This document shows positions 16,367-25,032 of a stretch of 36,206 nt of DNA, piece after piece (position 1 is the stretch's first letter; every line of letters starts with the position of its first letter). Origin of the DNA: a virus (taxonomy: Duplodnaviria > Caudoviricetes). The position numbers and the translations under genes were made by a program. The notes below the pieces were generated by a model. It worked only from the letters and a program-made list of their open reading frames with translations, had not been told where the DNA came from and searched no databases. Where the stretch lies: positions 1 to 36,206 of the IMG/VR virus record IMGVR_UViG_3300017702_000289. One strand, 5' to 3'.

Positions 16367-17862
16367 TGAGCAGCGTCGCCGACGACCCCGAAGGGGAGTT
16401 GGTCGACGCGATGGCCGGCTTCTACGCCGACCCGCTGGGGCATGTCCTGTTCTCGTATCCTTGGGGCGGCGCGGGCACCGAGCTGGAGGGCCGCACTGGG
16501 CCAGACGACTGGCAGCGGGAGTTCCTGATCGAGCTGGGCAACGAGGTCACCAAGCGGCGCTTCGATGGCGTCAACGCCGTCAACCCGATCCAGTTCAGCA
16601 CTGCCAGCGGGCACGGCATCGGGAAATCCTGCCTGTCCGCGTGGATCATACGGTGGATAGCCGACACGCGGCCCGGCAGCGCCGGCACCATCACCGCGAA
16701 CACCGCCGAGCAGCTCCGCACCAAGACCTTCGCCGAGCTGGCCAAGTGGCACAACATGGGGATCACCAAGCACTGGTACGTCCTAAATGCCGGCACCGCT
16801 GGCAGTCTGAATATGTACCACAAGTCGAACCCGAAGCGATGGCGGTGCGACGGCCAGACCTGCAAGGAGGAGAACAGCGAGGCGTTCGCCGGGCAGCACC
16901 GAGACACCTCGACGTCGTACTATCTGTTCGACGAGGCCGGCGGCATACCAGAGAAGATATTCGAGGTGCGCGACGGCGGCCTGACCGACGGCGAGCCGAT
17001 GACGTTCGACTTTGGCAACCCGACACGGAACACCGGGCGCTTCCATGCCAACATGCTAGGAAAGAACCGCAACCGTTTCATCAAGCGGTTCATTGACAGC
17101 AGGTCAGTGGCCATCACCAACAAGGCGTACCTGCAGCGCATGATCGACGACTATGGGGTCGACAGCGACGTCGTGAAGGTCCGCGTGCTCGGGCAGTTCC
17201 CAAGCGCGTCGACGTATCAGTTCATCAGCACCGACGACGTCGACGCTGCGATGCTGAGAGAGATGACATCGAGCGAATACAATTTCGCGCCGGCCATCAT
17301 AGGCGTCGACCCGGCGTGGACGGGAGAAGATGATTTTGTAATCCAGCTCAGACAGGGAAACAACTCGAAGACGTTGGGCGTTTACGCCCGCAACGACAAC
17401 GACGTGCAGATGGCGCAGCTGATCGCGCAGTTCGAGGACGACTACAAAGCCGACGCTGTGTTCGTCGACGGCGGGTTTGGCACCGGCATCATCAGCGTCG
17501 GGCACACGATGGGCCGACACAAGTGGCAGATCGTATGGTTCAGTGACAAGAGCATGGATCCCGGATGCACGAATAAGCGGGCTGAGATGTGGGAGCAGAT
17601 GCGTGTCTGGTTGAAGGAGGGCGGCTGCCTCGAAGAGGACGAGATCATGCGCAGCGACCTGACCGGTGTCGAGCTGACGCCTCGCCTCGACGGCAAGAAG
17701 CAGCTCGAAAGCAAGGAGCACATGAGGAGCCGGGGGTTGGCATCGCCCAACAAGGCCGACGCTCTGGCGCTCACGTTTGCGTTCCCAGTCGTGGCGACGC
17801 GGGTGCCGTACAACCCGCACCAAGAGGCGGTGATGCAGCACGACTACGACCCGATGCCCTAG
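16366..17862 (+). CDS. terL: terminase large subunit
   Basis: ASGHGIGKS, YYLFDEAG, FGNPTR.TG.F, IGVDPA..G.D, SPNKADAL; GTG start overlapping the upstream TAG. Confidence 0.95.
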   Translation: MSSVADDPEGELVDAMAGFYADPLGHVLFSYPWGGAGTELEGRTGPDDWQREFLIELGNEVTKRRFDGVNAVNPIQFSTASGHGIGKSCLSAWIIRWIADTRPGSAGTITANTAEQLRTKTFAELAKWHNMGITKHWYVLNAGTAGSLNMYHKSNPKRWRCDGQTCKEENSEAFAGQHRDTSTSYYLFDEAGGIPEKIFEVRDGGLTDGEPMTFDFGNPTRNTGRFHANMLGKNRNRFIKRFIDSRSVAITNKAYLQRMIDDYGVDSDVVKVRVLGQFPSASTYQFISTDDVDAAMLREMTSSEYNFAPAIIGVDPAWTGEDDFVIQLRQGNNSKTLGVYARNDNDVQMAQLIAQFEDDYKADAVFVDGGFGTGIISVGHTMGRHKWQIVWFSDKSMDPGCTNKRAEMWEQMRVWLKEGGCLEEDEIMRSDLTGVELTPRLDGKKQLESKEHMRSRGLASPNKADALALTFAFPVVATRVPYNPHQEAVMQHDYDPMP

Positions 17863-17897
17863 ACTGCGTGTCTAAAGTGTGTTAAGGCGGTAAATCC

Positions 17898-18503
17898 ATG
17901 GATGCTATAATTATATTCAGCCGTGTGAACGGTCATCCGCTGGGGTTCCTTTTGAACAAAAAACGCCGGCACGTCTGGTGCGCCATCAGGGGCGAGCAGT
18001 TCTGGACCGTCTACGATTGGCACGTCGGAATACCGGTGATCTCTGTCGCCGACAGGGACATCGACCTTGCCGCTTTCTACACCGGCAAGGGCTGCGAGGT
18101 CATCGAGATCGAGCGCGGCACCGAGGCCTGTCATGGGCCGTGGATGTGCAACAACTGCGTCGGGCACACCATGGTCATGGCGGCGATCCGCGCACACCTG
18201 ATCTTCACGCCACAGCAGCTGTGGAACCATCTCACGGGGAATAGCATGCGATACCGCGCCAAAAACTTCTTCCGCCGCGCCTGCTACATGCCGGGGTTTG
18301 GCAGCAAGACGCAGGCCGCGCCTCTGCCGCCCCCGCCGGTGCGGGCACCCAAGTCGGAGACGACTATCGCGGCGGATAAGAAACTGGCTGCCGATGAAGT
18401 CGCCCGTCTGGCAGCGCGCAAGAAGTCCGCAGGCGGGGCCACGGCATCGGAGGGAACCCTCCTCGATGATGACGACACAATAGGAGCGGGAGCATTAAAA
18501 TGA
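17898..18503 (+). CDS. permuted papain-like (His before Cys) domain fused to a Pro-rich small virion protein
   Basis: RHVW...YD...NNCV...TP.QL in the N-part; C-part (possible internal ATG at 18246) resembles the next ORF. Confidence 0.55.
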   Translation: MDAIIIFSRVNGHPLGFLLNKKRRHVWCAIRGEQFWTVYDWHVGIPVISVADRDIDLAAFYTGKGCEVIEIERGTEACHGPWMCNNCVGHTMVMAAIRAHLIFTPQQLWNHLTGNSMRYRAKNFFRRACYMPGFGSKTQAAPLPPPPVRAPKSETTIAADKKLAADEVARLAARKKSAGGATASEGTLLDDDDTIGAGALK

Positions 18504-18742
18504 TCACCGACCTCAAGCGACTGCTATACGCCCCCGGTTTCGGCGGCTCGTCACCGCCACCGCCGCCACCGCCTCCGGCCGCGCCTCCGCCTCCGCCGAA
18601 GAAGCCGGACGTGGCAGTGCAAAAAGCACGGGCCGACGAGATCAAGCGGTCGAAGCTGGCGGCTGGCCAAGCCGGAACCAACAAAACGGGCGGCGTGCTG
18701 ACCGAAGAGGCCAGCACCATCAACCGCACGCTGTTGACATAG
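18500..18742 (+). CDS. small Pro-rich virion protein upstream of the portal
   Basis: AGGAG RBS; GFGGSS, poly-Pro, terminal RTLLT typical of these pre-portal proteins. Confidence 0.7.
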   Translation: MITDLKRLLYAPGFGGSSPPPPPPPPAAPPPPPKKPDVAVQKARADEIKRSKLAAGQAGTNKTGGVLTEEASTINRTLLT

Positions 18743-18744
18743 CC

Positions 18745-18882
18745 ATGGTGAACCTCGCACGCAAACCCAGCTCGGGAGGTGGCACGCTCATCGGCGGCGA
18801 CACTGATCGTGTCGATTACCCGACGGTGTTTCTCACAGATGAGCAGGTCGACGACACGGTCCTGTGGGATGCGGCAGCATAA
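18745..18882 (+). CDS. 45-aa protein (not in ORF track)
   Basis: MVNLARKPSSGGGTLIGGDTDRVDYPTVFLTDEQVDDTVLWDAAA; TAATG coupling to the portal. Confidence 0.55.
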   Translation: MVNLARKPSSGGGTLIGGDTDRVDYPTVFLTDEQVDDTVLWDAAA

Positions 18883-20618
18883 TGCCTATCATCAACCCCG
18901 GTAACCTCGGAGAGAACATCCCGCCGCACGGCAAGAAGTCGACGGTGCTGCGCCGGTACGTCAAGCTGGAGAACGACCGCACGTCGTGGCGCAACCATTG
19001 GATGGAACTCAGCGACTACCTCCTGCCGAGGCGCGGTAGGTTCCTGTACACGTCACAGAACGATCGAGGCAAGAAGCGCCACAACAAGATCATCGACAGC
19101 ACCGGCACGCAGGCGATCAGAACGATGGCTGCCGGCATGATGTCTGGCATGACCAGCCCGGCGCGGCCATGGTTCCGGTTCACGACCGGAGACGAGGCCA
19201 CGATGGACAACCATCAGGTCAAGGTCTGGCTGGCGGAGGTCGAGCGTATCTGCCGCACCATCCTGCACAAGTCGAACTTCTACAACGTCTCCTTCACCGT
19301 CTACTCCGAGCTGGGAGCGTTTGGCACGGCACCGCTGTATCGACAGAAGAGCTTTGACAGCGTCATCAGGTTCCGGCCCTTCACGGCTGGCGAGTACGTC
19401 ATCGCCGAGAACGACCAAGGCGTCATCGACACGCTGGGCCGGTCGTTCACCATGACCGTGTCGCAGGTCATCGAGAAGTTTGTCATCAAGTCGCAGCACG
19501 GTGTCGACGACTGGACCGGTGTCAGCCGCGCGACACGCAACCTGTGGAACAACAAGAGCTACGACGAGCTGGTGCCTGTCATACATATGATCGAGCCGCG
19601 CCGCAAAGCCGAGCGCGATCCCAAGAGCTTCAGCAACGTGCATATGCCGTTCAAGTCGGTCTACATGGAGCAGGGCAGCGACAACGATGCAGTCCTATTC
19701 GAGGGCGGCTTCAACCGCTTCCCGGCGTACATCCCCCGCTGGGATGTGCTGCAAGGCGACGTGTACGGTCGATCGCCCGGCATGGACAGCCTCGGCGACA
19801 TCAAGCAGCTGCAGCAGCAACAGAAGCGCAAGGCGCAGGCCATCGACAAGATGGTCAACCCGCCGATGACCGCGCCGACTTCGCTGCGCGGCAAGCCTTC
19901 AAGTGTGCTGCCGGGCGGTACGACATACGTTGATCCGCTGCAAGGCGGCCAAGGGTTCGCGCCGGCCTATCTGGTGCAGCCGCGCCTCGGTGAGATGCAG
20001 CAGGACATCCAAGAAGTCCAAGAGCGCATCCAGCGAGGTTTCTATGCTGACCTCTTCGCCATGATGATCAACTCCGATCGCCGTAACATCACGGCGACAG
20101 AGGTCATCGAGCGGCAAGAGGAGAAGCTCGTACTGCTGGGTCCAGTTCTACAGCGCCTCAATGTAGAGCTGCTCGATCCGCTGCTCGATGACGTCTTTCA
20201 GTTTGCGCTGGAGGCCGACCTCCTCCCTGAGTCTCCAGAGGAATTGCAGGGCGTCGATCTGCGCGTAGAGTACGTCAGCTTGCTGGCGCAGGCCCAGCAG
20301 GCTGTCGCCGCCAGCGCGCTCGAACGAACCTTGGGGTTCGCCGGCAACCTCGCCGCTGTCTTCCCAGAAGTCTCCGATAACATCGACGCCGACGCGGGCC
20401 TCCGGCAGTACGCCGAAATCCTTGGAAACTCGCCGGACCTTCTCCGCGACAGCGGGCAGGTTGAGCAGCTGCGTGCCGATCGCGCGCAGGCGCAGCAGCA
20501 GCAAGAGGCAGCAGCGATGGCCGGCCAAGCGGCGCAGGGCGCGAAGGTCTTGAGCGAGACCGACACGCAGCACCCAAACGCGCTGACCGATCTGTTGGGT
20601 AGAGGAGGGAGCGTCTGA
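18882..20618 (+). CDS. portal / head-tail connector protein
   Basis: MSGMTSPARPWF, L..SNFY, YGRSPGM..LGD, TATEV.ER.EEK...LGPV. Confidence 0.95.
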   Translation: MPIINPGNLGENIPPHGKKSTVLRRYVKLENDRTSWRNHWMELSDYLLPRRGRFLYTSQNDRGKKRHNKIIDSTGTQAIRTMAAGMMSGMTSPARPWFRFTTGDEATMDNHQVKVWLAEVERICRTILHKSNFYNVSFTVYSELGAFGTAPLYRQKSFDSVIRFRPFTAGEYVIAENDQGVIDTLGRSFTMTVSQVIEKFVIKSQHGVDDWTGVSRATRNLWNNKSYDELVPVIHMIEPRRKAERDPKSFSNVHMPFKSVYMEQGSDNDAVLFEGGFNRFPAYIPRWDVLQGDVYGRSPGMDSLGDIKQLQQQQKRKAQAIDKMVNPPMTAPTSLRGKPSSVLPGGTTYVDPLQGGQGFAPAYLVQPRLGEMQQDIQEVQERIQRGFYADLFAMMINSDRRNITATEVIERQEEKLVLLGPVLQRLNVELLDPLLDDVFQFALEADLLPESPEELQGVDLRVEYVSLLAQAQQAVAASALERTLGFAGNLAAVFPEVSDNIDADAGLRQYAEILGNSPDLLRDSGQVEQLRADRAQAQQQQEAAAMAGQAAQGAKVLSETDTQHPNALTDLLGRGGSV

Positions 20619-20926
20619 TGGTCAAGAGGCTCTCCGTATATGACAGCAGCAACCCTGAGCACGTCGCCGCTGCCCAGAAGGATATGCAGGATCGCGACAA
20701 GGACATCGTCTTCATCATGGCGCAGCCGCGTGGCCGCCGCTGGGTGTACGACTTGATCTGGGGCAAATGCCACAAGGATGGCATCAGCCATGTGCCGATC
20801 GACAAAGAGAGCACGTCATTCAATGAGGGGGCGCGGAGTGTCGGTTCTGCGTTGGAGGTCGTTCTTCGAGCTGAGACGCCGAAGATGTATATGAAAATGC
20901 TGGAGGAGAACCATTTCAATGGCTGA
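20618..20926 (+). CDS. Bbp19-like conserved phage protein
   Basis: M....GRRW and FNEG.R.VG motifs; position between portal and scaffold. Confidence 0.75.
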   Translation: MVKRLSVYDSSNPEHVAAAQKDMQDRDKDIVFIMAQPRGRRWVYDLIWGKCHKDGISHVPIDKESTSFNEGARSVGSALEVVLRAETPKMYMKMLEENHFNG

Positions 20927-21638
20927 ATTAGCTGAAAGCACCGAAGAGGTAACCGAAGAAGTAACCGAGGATGTAGCCCCGGTCGCTGAGGAAACCGTAT
21001 CGGAAGAGACGACGTCCGAGGCCAAGGCCGAGGACGCAACGGGCGACGCTGGAGACAGTGACGCCGAGGACACCGGAACTCTGCTGTCGGACGACGAGAG
21101 TGATGGAGCCGAGGGTGTACCCGACAAGTACGAGTTCACCCTTCCAGAGGGCGTTGAGGTGGAAATCACCGACCGCGTCCAATCGCAGCTTGATGCTTTC
21201 CACGCAGACGCAAAAGACATTGGCCTGTCTCAGGCTCAAGTCGATCGTCTGGTGGCGGGCGAGTTCAAGCGGGGTCAGGAGGCACTGCAACAAGGTGCCA
21301 ATGGCTATCAGCAGCGTGTATCGGACTGGGCAACTGAAACGAAAGCGGACAAGGAGCTGGGCGGGGACGACCTCGCCAAGAACCTGAGCGTCGCCAAGTT
21401 AGGCATGGAAACATTCGGGACACCGGAACTGAAGCAGCTTTTCGATAAGCCTTCGCCGGAGAACCCTAATGGTCTGGGCATCGGCAACCATCCCGAAATT
21501 ATACGTCTGCTCCATCGCGCTGGGTTACAGGTACGGGAAGATGGCGATCTTGTCGGCGGAGACGGCGGCAAGGCCGAGAGTGATGCTTCCCTGCGCCGCA
21601 TGTACCCCAGCATGTTCAAAGACGAAGCAGCAGCCTAA
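20919..21638 (+). CDS. capsid scaffolding protein
   Basis: Acidic N-terminus, P.KYEF..PEG, GLSQ.Q, D.ELGG, G.GNHPE, C-terminal MYP.M. Confidence 0.85.
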   Translation: MAELAESTEEVTEEVTEDVAPVAEETVSEETTSEAKAEDATGDAGDSDAEDTGTLLSDDESDGAEGVPDKYEFTLPEGVEVEITDRVQSQLDAFHADAKDIGLSQAQVDRLVAGEFKRGQEALQQGANGYQQRVSDWATETKADKELGGDDLAKNLSVAKLGMETFGTPELKQLFDKPSPENPNGLGIGNHPEIIRLLHRAGLQVREDGDLVGGDGGKAESDASLRRMYPSMFKDEAAA

Positions 21639-21649
21639 GGAGATATTCA

Positions 21650-22648
21650 ATGGCTACTCTAAGCGTTGTAAACCCGACCCTCACCGATCTGGCGAAGGTC
21701 ACCGACCCCGACGGCTCCATTGCCGATGTGGTCGAAATTCTGAACGCGACAAACGAAATCCTCACGGATATGTCGTGGATGGAAGGTAACCTGACGACCG
21801 GTCACCGTTCATCGATCCGTTCCGGTCTGCCCACTCCGACGTGGCGTAAACTGTACGGTGGTGTGCAACCAACTAAAAGTAGAGCGGTGCAGATCACCGA
21901 CAACTGTGGGATGCTGGAAGATTATGCTGAAGTCGATGCCGCCCTTGTTGGGATGGCCGGCGATCCGGCGGCTTTCCGCCTGCAAGAGGATCGGCCTCAC
22001 ATCGAGGGAATGAACCAAGAGTTTGCTTCCACTCTCTTCTACGGAGATGAAAGTACAGCACCGGAAGAGTACACTGGACTTTCCCCGCGCTACAACTCGA
22101 CGACCGCTGCCAACGGGGACAACATCATCTCCGGCGGAGGGTCCGGTTCAGACAATGCCTCGATCTGGCTCATCTGCTGGTCGCCGCAAACGGTCCACGG
22201 GATCATCCCCAAAGGATCGAAAGCGGGTATCCAGCAGCGTGATCTTGGCGAAGTCACCATCGAAGACGCCGACGGCTCGAATGGCCGCATGCAAGCGTTC
22301 CGCACTCATTATCGTTGGGATGTGGGCCTCACCGTCCGCGACTGGCGCTTTGCAGTGCGCATCGCGAACATCGATCGTTCGGCCTTGCTGGTCACCGCCG
22401 CGACTGGCGCTGATCTCAATGACCTCATGCACCAAGCGTGGACCGAGTTGCCGAGCACGACAGCGGGTCGCTGTTCTTGGTACATGGACAAGAGCATCTT
22501 GTCGATGTTGCGGCGTCAGACGGCCAACGCGGTGTCCAGTTCGACACTGTCGGTCGACATGGTCGGCGGTACGATGCAGACGAGCTGGGGCGGTATTCCG
22601 ATCCGTCGCTGCGACGCACTGCGCCCTGATGAAGCTACGGTCTCCTAG
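21650..22648 (+). CDS. major capsid protein (BPP-1/epsilon15-like)
   Basis: TL.D.AK..DP, R.GLP..TWR.LY.GV.P.KS, F.YGD, W..GL.VRDWR, GIPIRRCDAL. Confidence 0.95.
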   Translation: MATLSVVNPTLTDLAKVTDPDGSIADVVEILNATNEILTDMSWMEGNLTTGHRSSIRSGLPTPTWRKLYGGVQPTKSRAVQITDNCGMLEDYAEVDAALVGMAGDPAAFRLQEDRPHIEGMNQEFASTLFYGDESTAPEEYTGLSPRYNSTTAANGDNIISGGGSGSDNASIWLICWSPQTVHGIIPKGSKAGIQQRDLGEVTIEDADGSNGRMQAFRTHYRWDVGLTVRDWRFAVRIANIDRSALLVTAATGADLNDLMHQAWTELPSTTAGRCSWYMDKSILSMLRRQTANAVSSSTLSVDMVGGTMQTSWGGIPIRRCDALRPDEATVS

Positions 22649-22693
22649 TAAGACCGTACCCACTAAACACCCATATAGAAGGAGACATTCAAA

Positions 22694-23182
22694 ATGGGTA
22701 TTCTCGACGAACGCGGCGAGTTCTGCGACAATGTTGACGTCTCGGCATCTGCCGGCACGGCTCTTGTCGGAGACGTAATCGATCTGGGTGCGGCGGGCGA
22801 AGACATTGGTAACGGGCAACCGGTTTACCTCGTCATCCGCACGGGCAGCACCGAGATCATCACTGGTGGTTCGGCTGGGACTTTGCAGTTCAAGCTGGCC
22901 TCCGATGCAGCGGCTGCCATCAGCACTTCGACCTCCACGATCCATGTGGTAACGGAGGCCCATGTGACTGATGGCACCGACGCGAACGCGGCGGAAATGA
23001 AGGCGGGTGCGATCATCTATCAAGCGCCCCTGCCTGTCGGAACCTCCGGCAACTACGAGCGGTATCTTGGCATCCTCGCCGTCACGGCGACGACCACGAC
23101 CACGGCGGGCACGATCAACGCCTTCCTGACGCTCGATCCGCACATGGCTGCAGGGAAGTCTTATCCCGACGCCATAAACTAG
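22694..23182 (+). CDS. capsid cement/decoration protein (Bbp16-like)
   Basis: ILD....F, VIDLG, D.G.G, YERYL, TAG.I.AFLT.D; follows the capsid gene. Confidence 0.85.
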   Translation: MGILDERGEFCDNVDVSASAGTALVGDVIDLGAAGEDIGNGQPVYLVIRTGSTEIITGGSAGTLQFKLASDAAAAISTSTSTIHVVTEAHVTDGTDANAAEMKAGAIIYQAPLPVGTSGNYERYLGILAVTATTTTTAGTINAFLTLDPHMAAGKSYPDAIN

Positions 23183-23196
23183 ATAAGGCTTGCGGG

Positions 23197-23224
23197 ATGG
23201 CCGGGTCTGAACAGGCCCGGCCAT
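23197..23224 (+). terminator. hairpin after the capsid/cement genes
   Basis: ATGGCCGGGTCTG-AA-CAGGCCCGGCCAT. Confidence 0.65.
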
Positions 23225-23253
23225 TGCCTTCCACTTATTGAAGGAACAATACA

Positions 23254-24051
23254 ATGGCTTCATTCACAGCAGTAGGCGACACGGTAGAACTCCAGACGTA
23301 TGACCGGGGCGACACCGTTGCCGTCGCCTTGTCCGGCACATATAACATGACCATCACGCTGCAGGTTGAGGCGGGTTCGCCCGGCTCAGGATCATGGTCG
23401 ACGTTGCAGACGGTGTCCGGCGCGGCTGACGCCACCGTCGCCATCGACTACACGACCAAGTCGTTCGGTGAGAAGCTCCGGCTTCTGGTCACCGCCGACA
23501 CCTCCGGCACTTGCGTGGCGACCCTGACCAATACGTCCAACCAGACGGTTAAGGCGTTCAAGGATCGGGTCGGCAATGCGTTGATGACCATCACCCAGAA
23601 GTTCACCCAAGTTCACGGGGGTCTGGTCCGGTCCAGCGGTGCTGTCGTTAATACGACCGCTGCGCTGACGCTGACCGAGAAGGCTCACGCGGGCCGCATC
23701 GTTACCGTCAACTCGACGACTGGCCGGGCCATCACCCTGCCGGAAGCGACCGGGACCGGTAACGTCTATACGGTCTACATCGGCACGACGGTGTCGTCTG
23801 GCAGTCACACGATTGTCGCGCCGTCGTCCTCTACATCGTTTGCGGGCGGCGTCGGTATTTCCACCGACATCGGCGGCGTGACGATTATCTGTAACACGGC
23901 TGATGACACCGTCACGATGTCCGGTTCGACGACCGGTGGCGTGGTTGGTTCTCATGTGGTCTTCACGGACGTGGCCTCTGGCAAGTTTATGGTCAGCGGC
24001 TTCTTATGCTCAACAGGCTCCGAAGCTGATCCGTTCAGCGCCGGGGTATAA
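23254..24051 (+). CDS. Thr/Gly-rich beta-structured virion protein (two domains; decoration or fibre)
   Basis: Composition; C-domain LT...HAGR...ITLP.ATG.G..Y and T.S.ADPF end seen in phage structural proteins. Confidence 0.6.
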   Translation: MASFTAVGDTVELQTYDRGDTVAVALSGTYNMTITLQVEAGSPGSGSWSTLQTVSGAADATVAIDYTTKSFGEKLRLLVTADTSGTCVATLTNTSNQTVKAFKDRVGNALMTITQKFTQVHGGLVRSSGAVVNTTAALTLTEKAHAGRIVTVNSTTGRAITLPEATGTGNVYTVYIGTTVSSGSHTIVAPSSSTSFAGGVGISTDIGGVTIICNTADDTVTMSGSTTGGVVGSHVVFTDVASGKFMVSGFLCSTGSEADPFSAGV

Positions 24052-24056
24052 TTTCA

Positions 24057-24096
24057 TCGGAGGGAGGCGCTTGCGTCTCCCCTCACCGAACTTTTT
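24057..24096 (+). terminator. intrinsic terminator-like hairpin
   Basis: GGGAGGCGC-TT-GCGTCTCCC with outer TCGG/CCGA pair and a T5 tract. Confidence 0.6.
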
Positions 24097-24111
24097 GAAG
24101 GAGAAAAGCAG

Positions 24112-24429
24112 ATGCCTAGTATGGATGTCCAGTTCCGAAGCCCGTTTTATCATAACCAGCTCGGTCTGCTTGGCGGTGCCGGCGATGAAGACACGATCTA
24201 CATCCTGCCCGACACCGAGGTTCTGCCGCGAACCGCCGTCGTCCTCGAAGGCGTCAGTAAGGATCGCAAGAATAACGAAAGCCAAGGCAAGGCAGCCGAT
24301 CGAGCTGCGCGTCTCGCACCGGAGGTTGACGAAGACGAGGACTTCGAGGAGCCGGAGCCGCCGCGTCGTGTCCGGCCACTGGAAGGCAAAGCTAAGGGCG
24401 ATAGTGTCCCGAGGAAGCGTAAACGATAG
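24112..24429 (+). CDS. hypothetical protein
   Basis: AAGGAG RBS; charged low-complexity C-terminus. Confidence 0.65.
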   Translation: MPSMDVQFRSPFYHNQLGLLGGAGDEDTIYILPDTEVLPRTAVVLEGVSKDRKNNESQGKAADRAARLAPEVDEDEDFEEPEPPRRVRPLEGKAKGDSVPRKRKR

Positions 24430-24438
24430 GAGTAGCCG

Positions 24439-25029
24439 ATGGCGTCTGAGACACAGATTGGCAAGCTCGCCTTGCAGCATATCGGGGATAGATATGACAT
24501 CACCGACTTGACCGAAGAGAGCGTCGAGGCGGAACAGCTCAATCTGATCTTTGATGATACGCGCGACTGGTTGTTGCGGCAGTTCCCGTGGAACTTCGCG
24601 ACGGCCTACACGACGCCGGCTTCACTGACCGGCACCGTGCCCAACAACTTTGACTACATGTACACCTACATGACCGACGCGGTCAGGGTGCTCCTTGTCG
24701 TCGACCCGTTAGGGTTGGATACGGAAATACAATACGAGGTGGCGAGGAACTCGTCGGACGTTAAGGTGATCCTGACTGATCAGGCGGACGCCGAGTTCCG
24801 GTACACGAAGAGGATCACCGACACGGCCCAGTTCGACAGCGAGTTCACGATGGGACTGTCCTACGCCCTCGCTGCCAAGCTGGCCATGCCGCTAACCGGC
24901 GAGCGGCAGATCATGGGTGACATGCAGAACCTATCGCGCAGCGTCATCAGCAGCGCGTGGGCCACGAATGCCAACGAGGGCAACCCGGAGGAGATACCAG
25001 ACGCGGACTGGATCGCGGCGAGGGCGTAG
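24439..25029 (+). CDS. tail tubular protein A / adaptor
   Basis: I...AL..IG, L...PWNFA, FD..F...L...LA..LA..LTG, WI.AR. Confidence 0.9.
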   Translation: MASETQIGKLALQHIGDRYDITDLTEESVEAEQLNLIFDDTRDWLLRQFPWNFATAYTTPASLTGTVPNNFDYMYTYMTDAVRVLLVVDPLGLDTEIQYEVARNSSDVKVILTDQADAEFRYTKRITDTAQFDSEFTMGLSYALAAKLAMPLTGERQIMGDMQNLSRSVISSAWATNANEGNPEEIPDADWIAARA

Positions 25030-25032
25030 TGC

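Noticed and set aside
18552-18598. CCG/CCA/CCT trinucleotide run
   Set aside because: Encodes the poly-Pro tract; wobble variation argues against a slippage element
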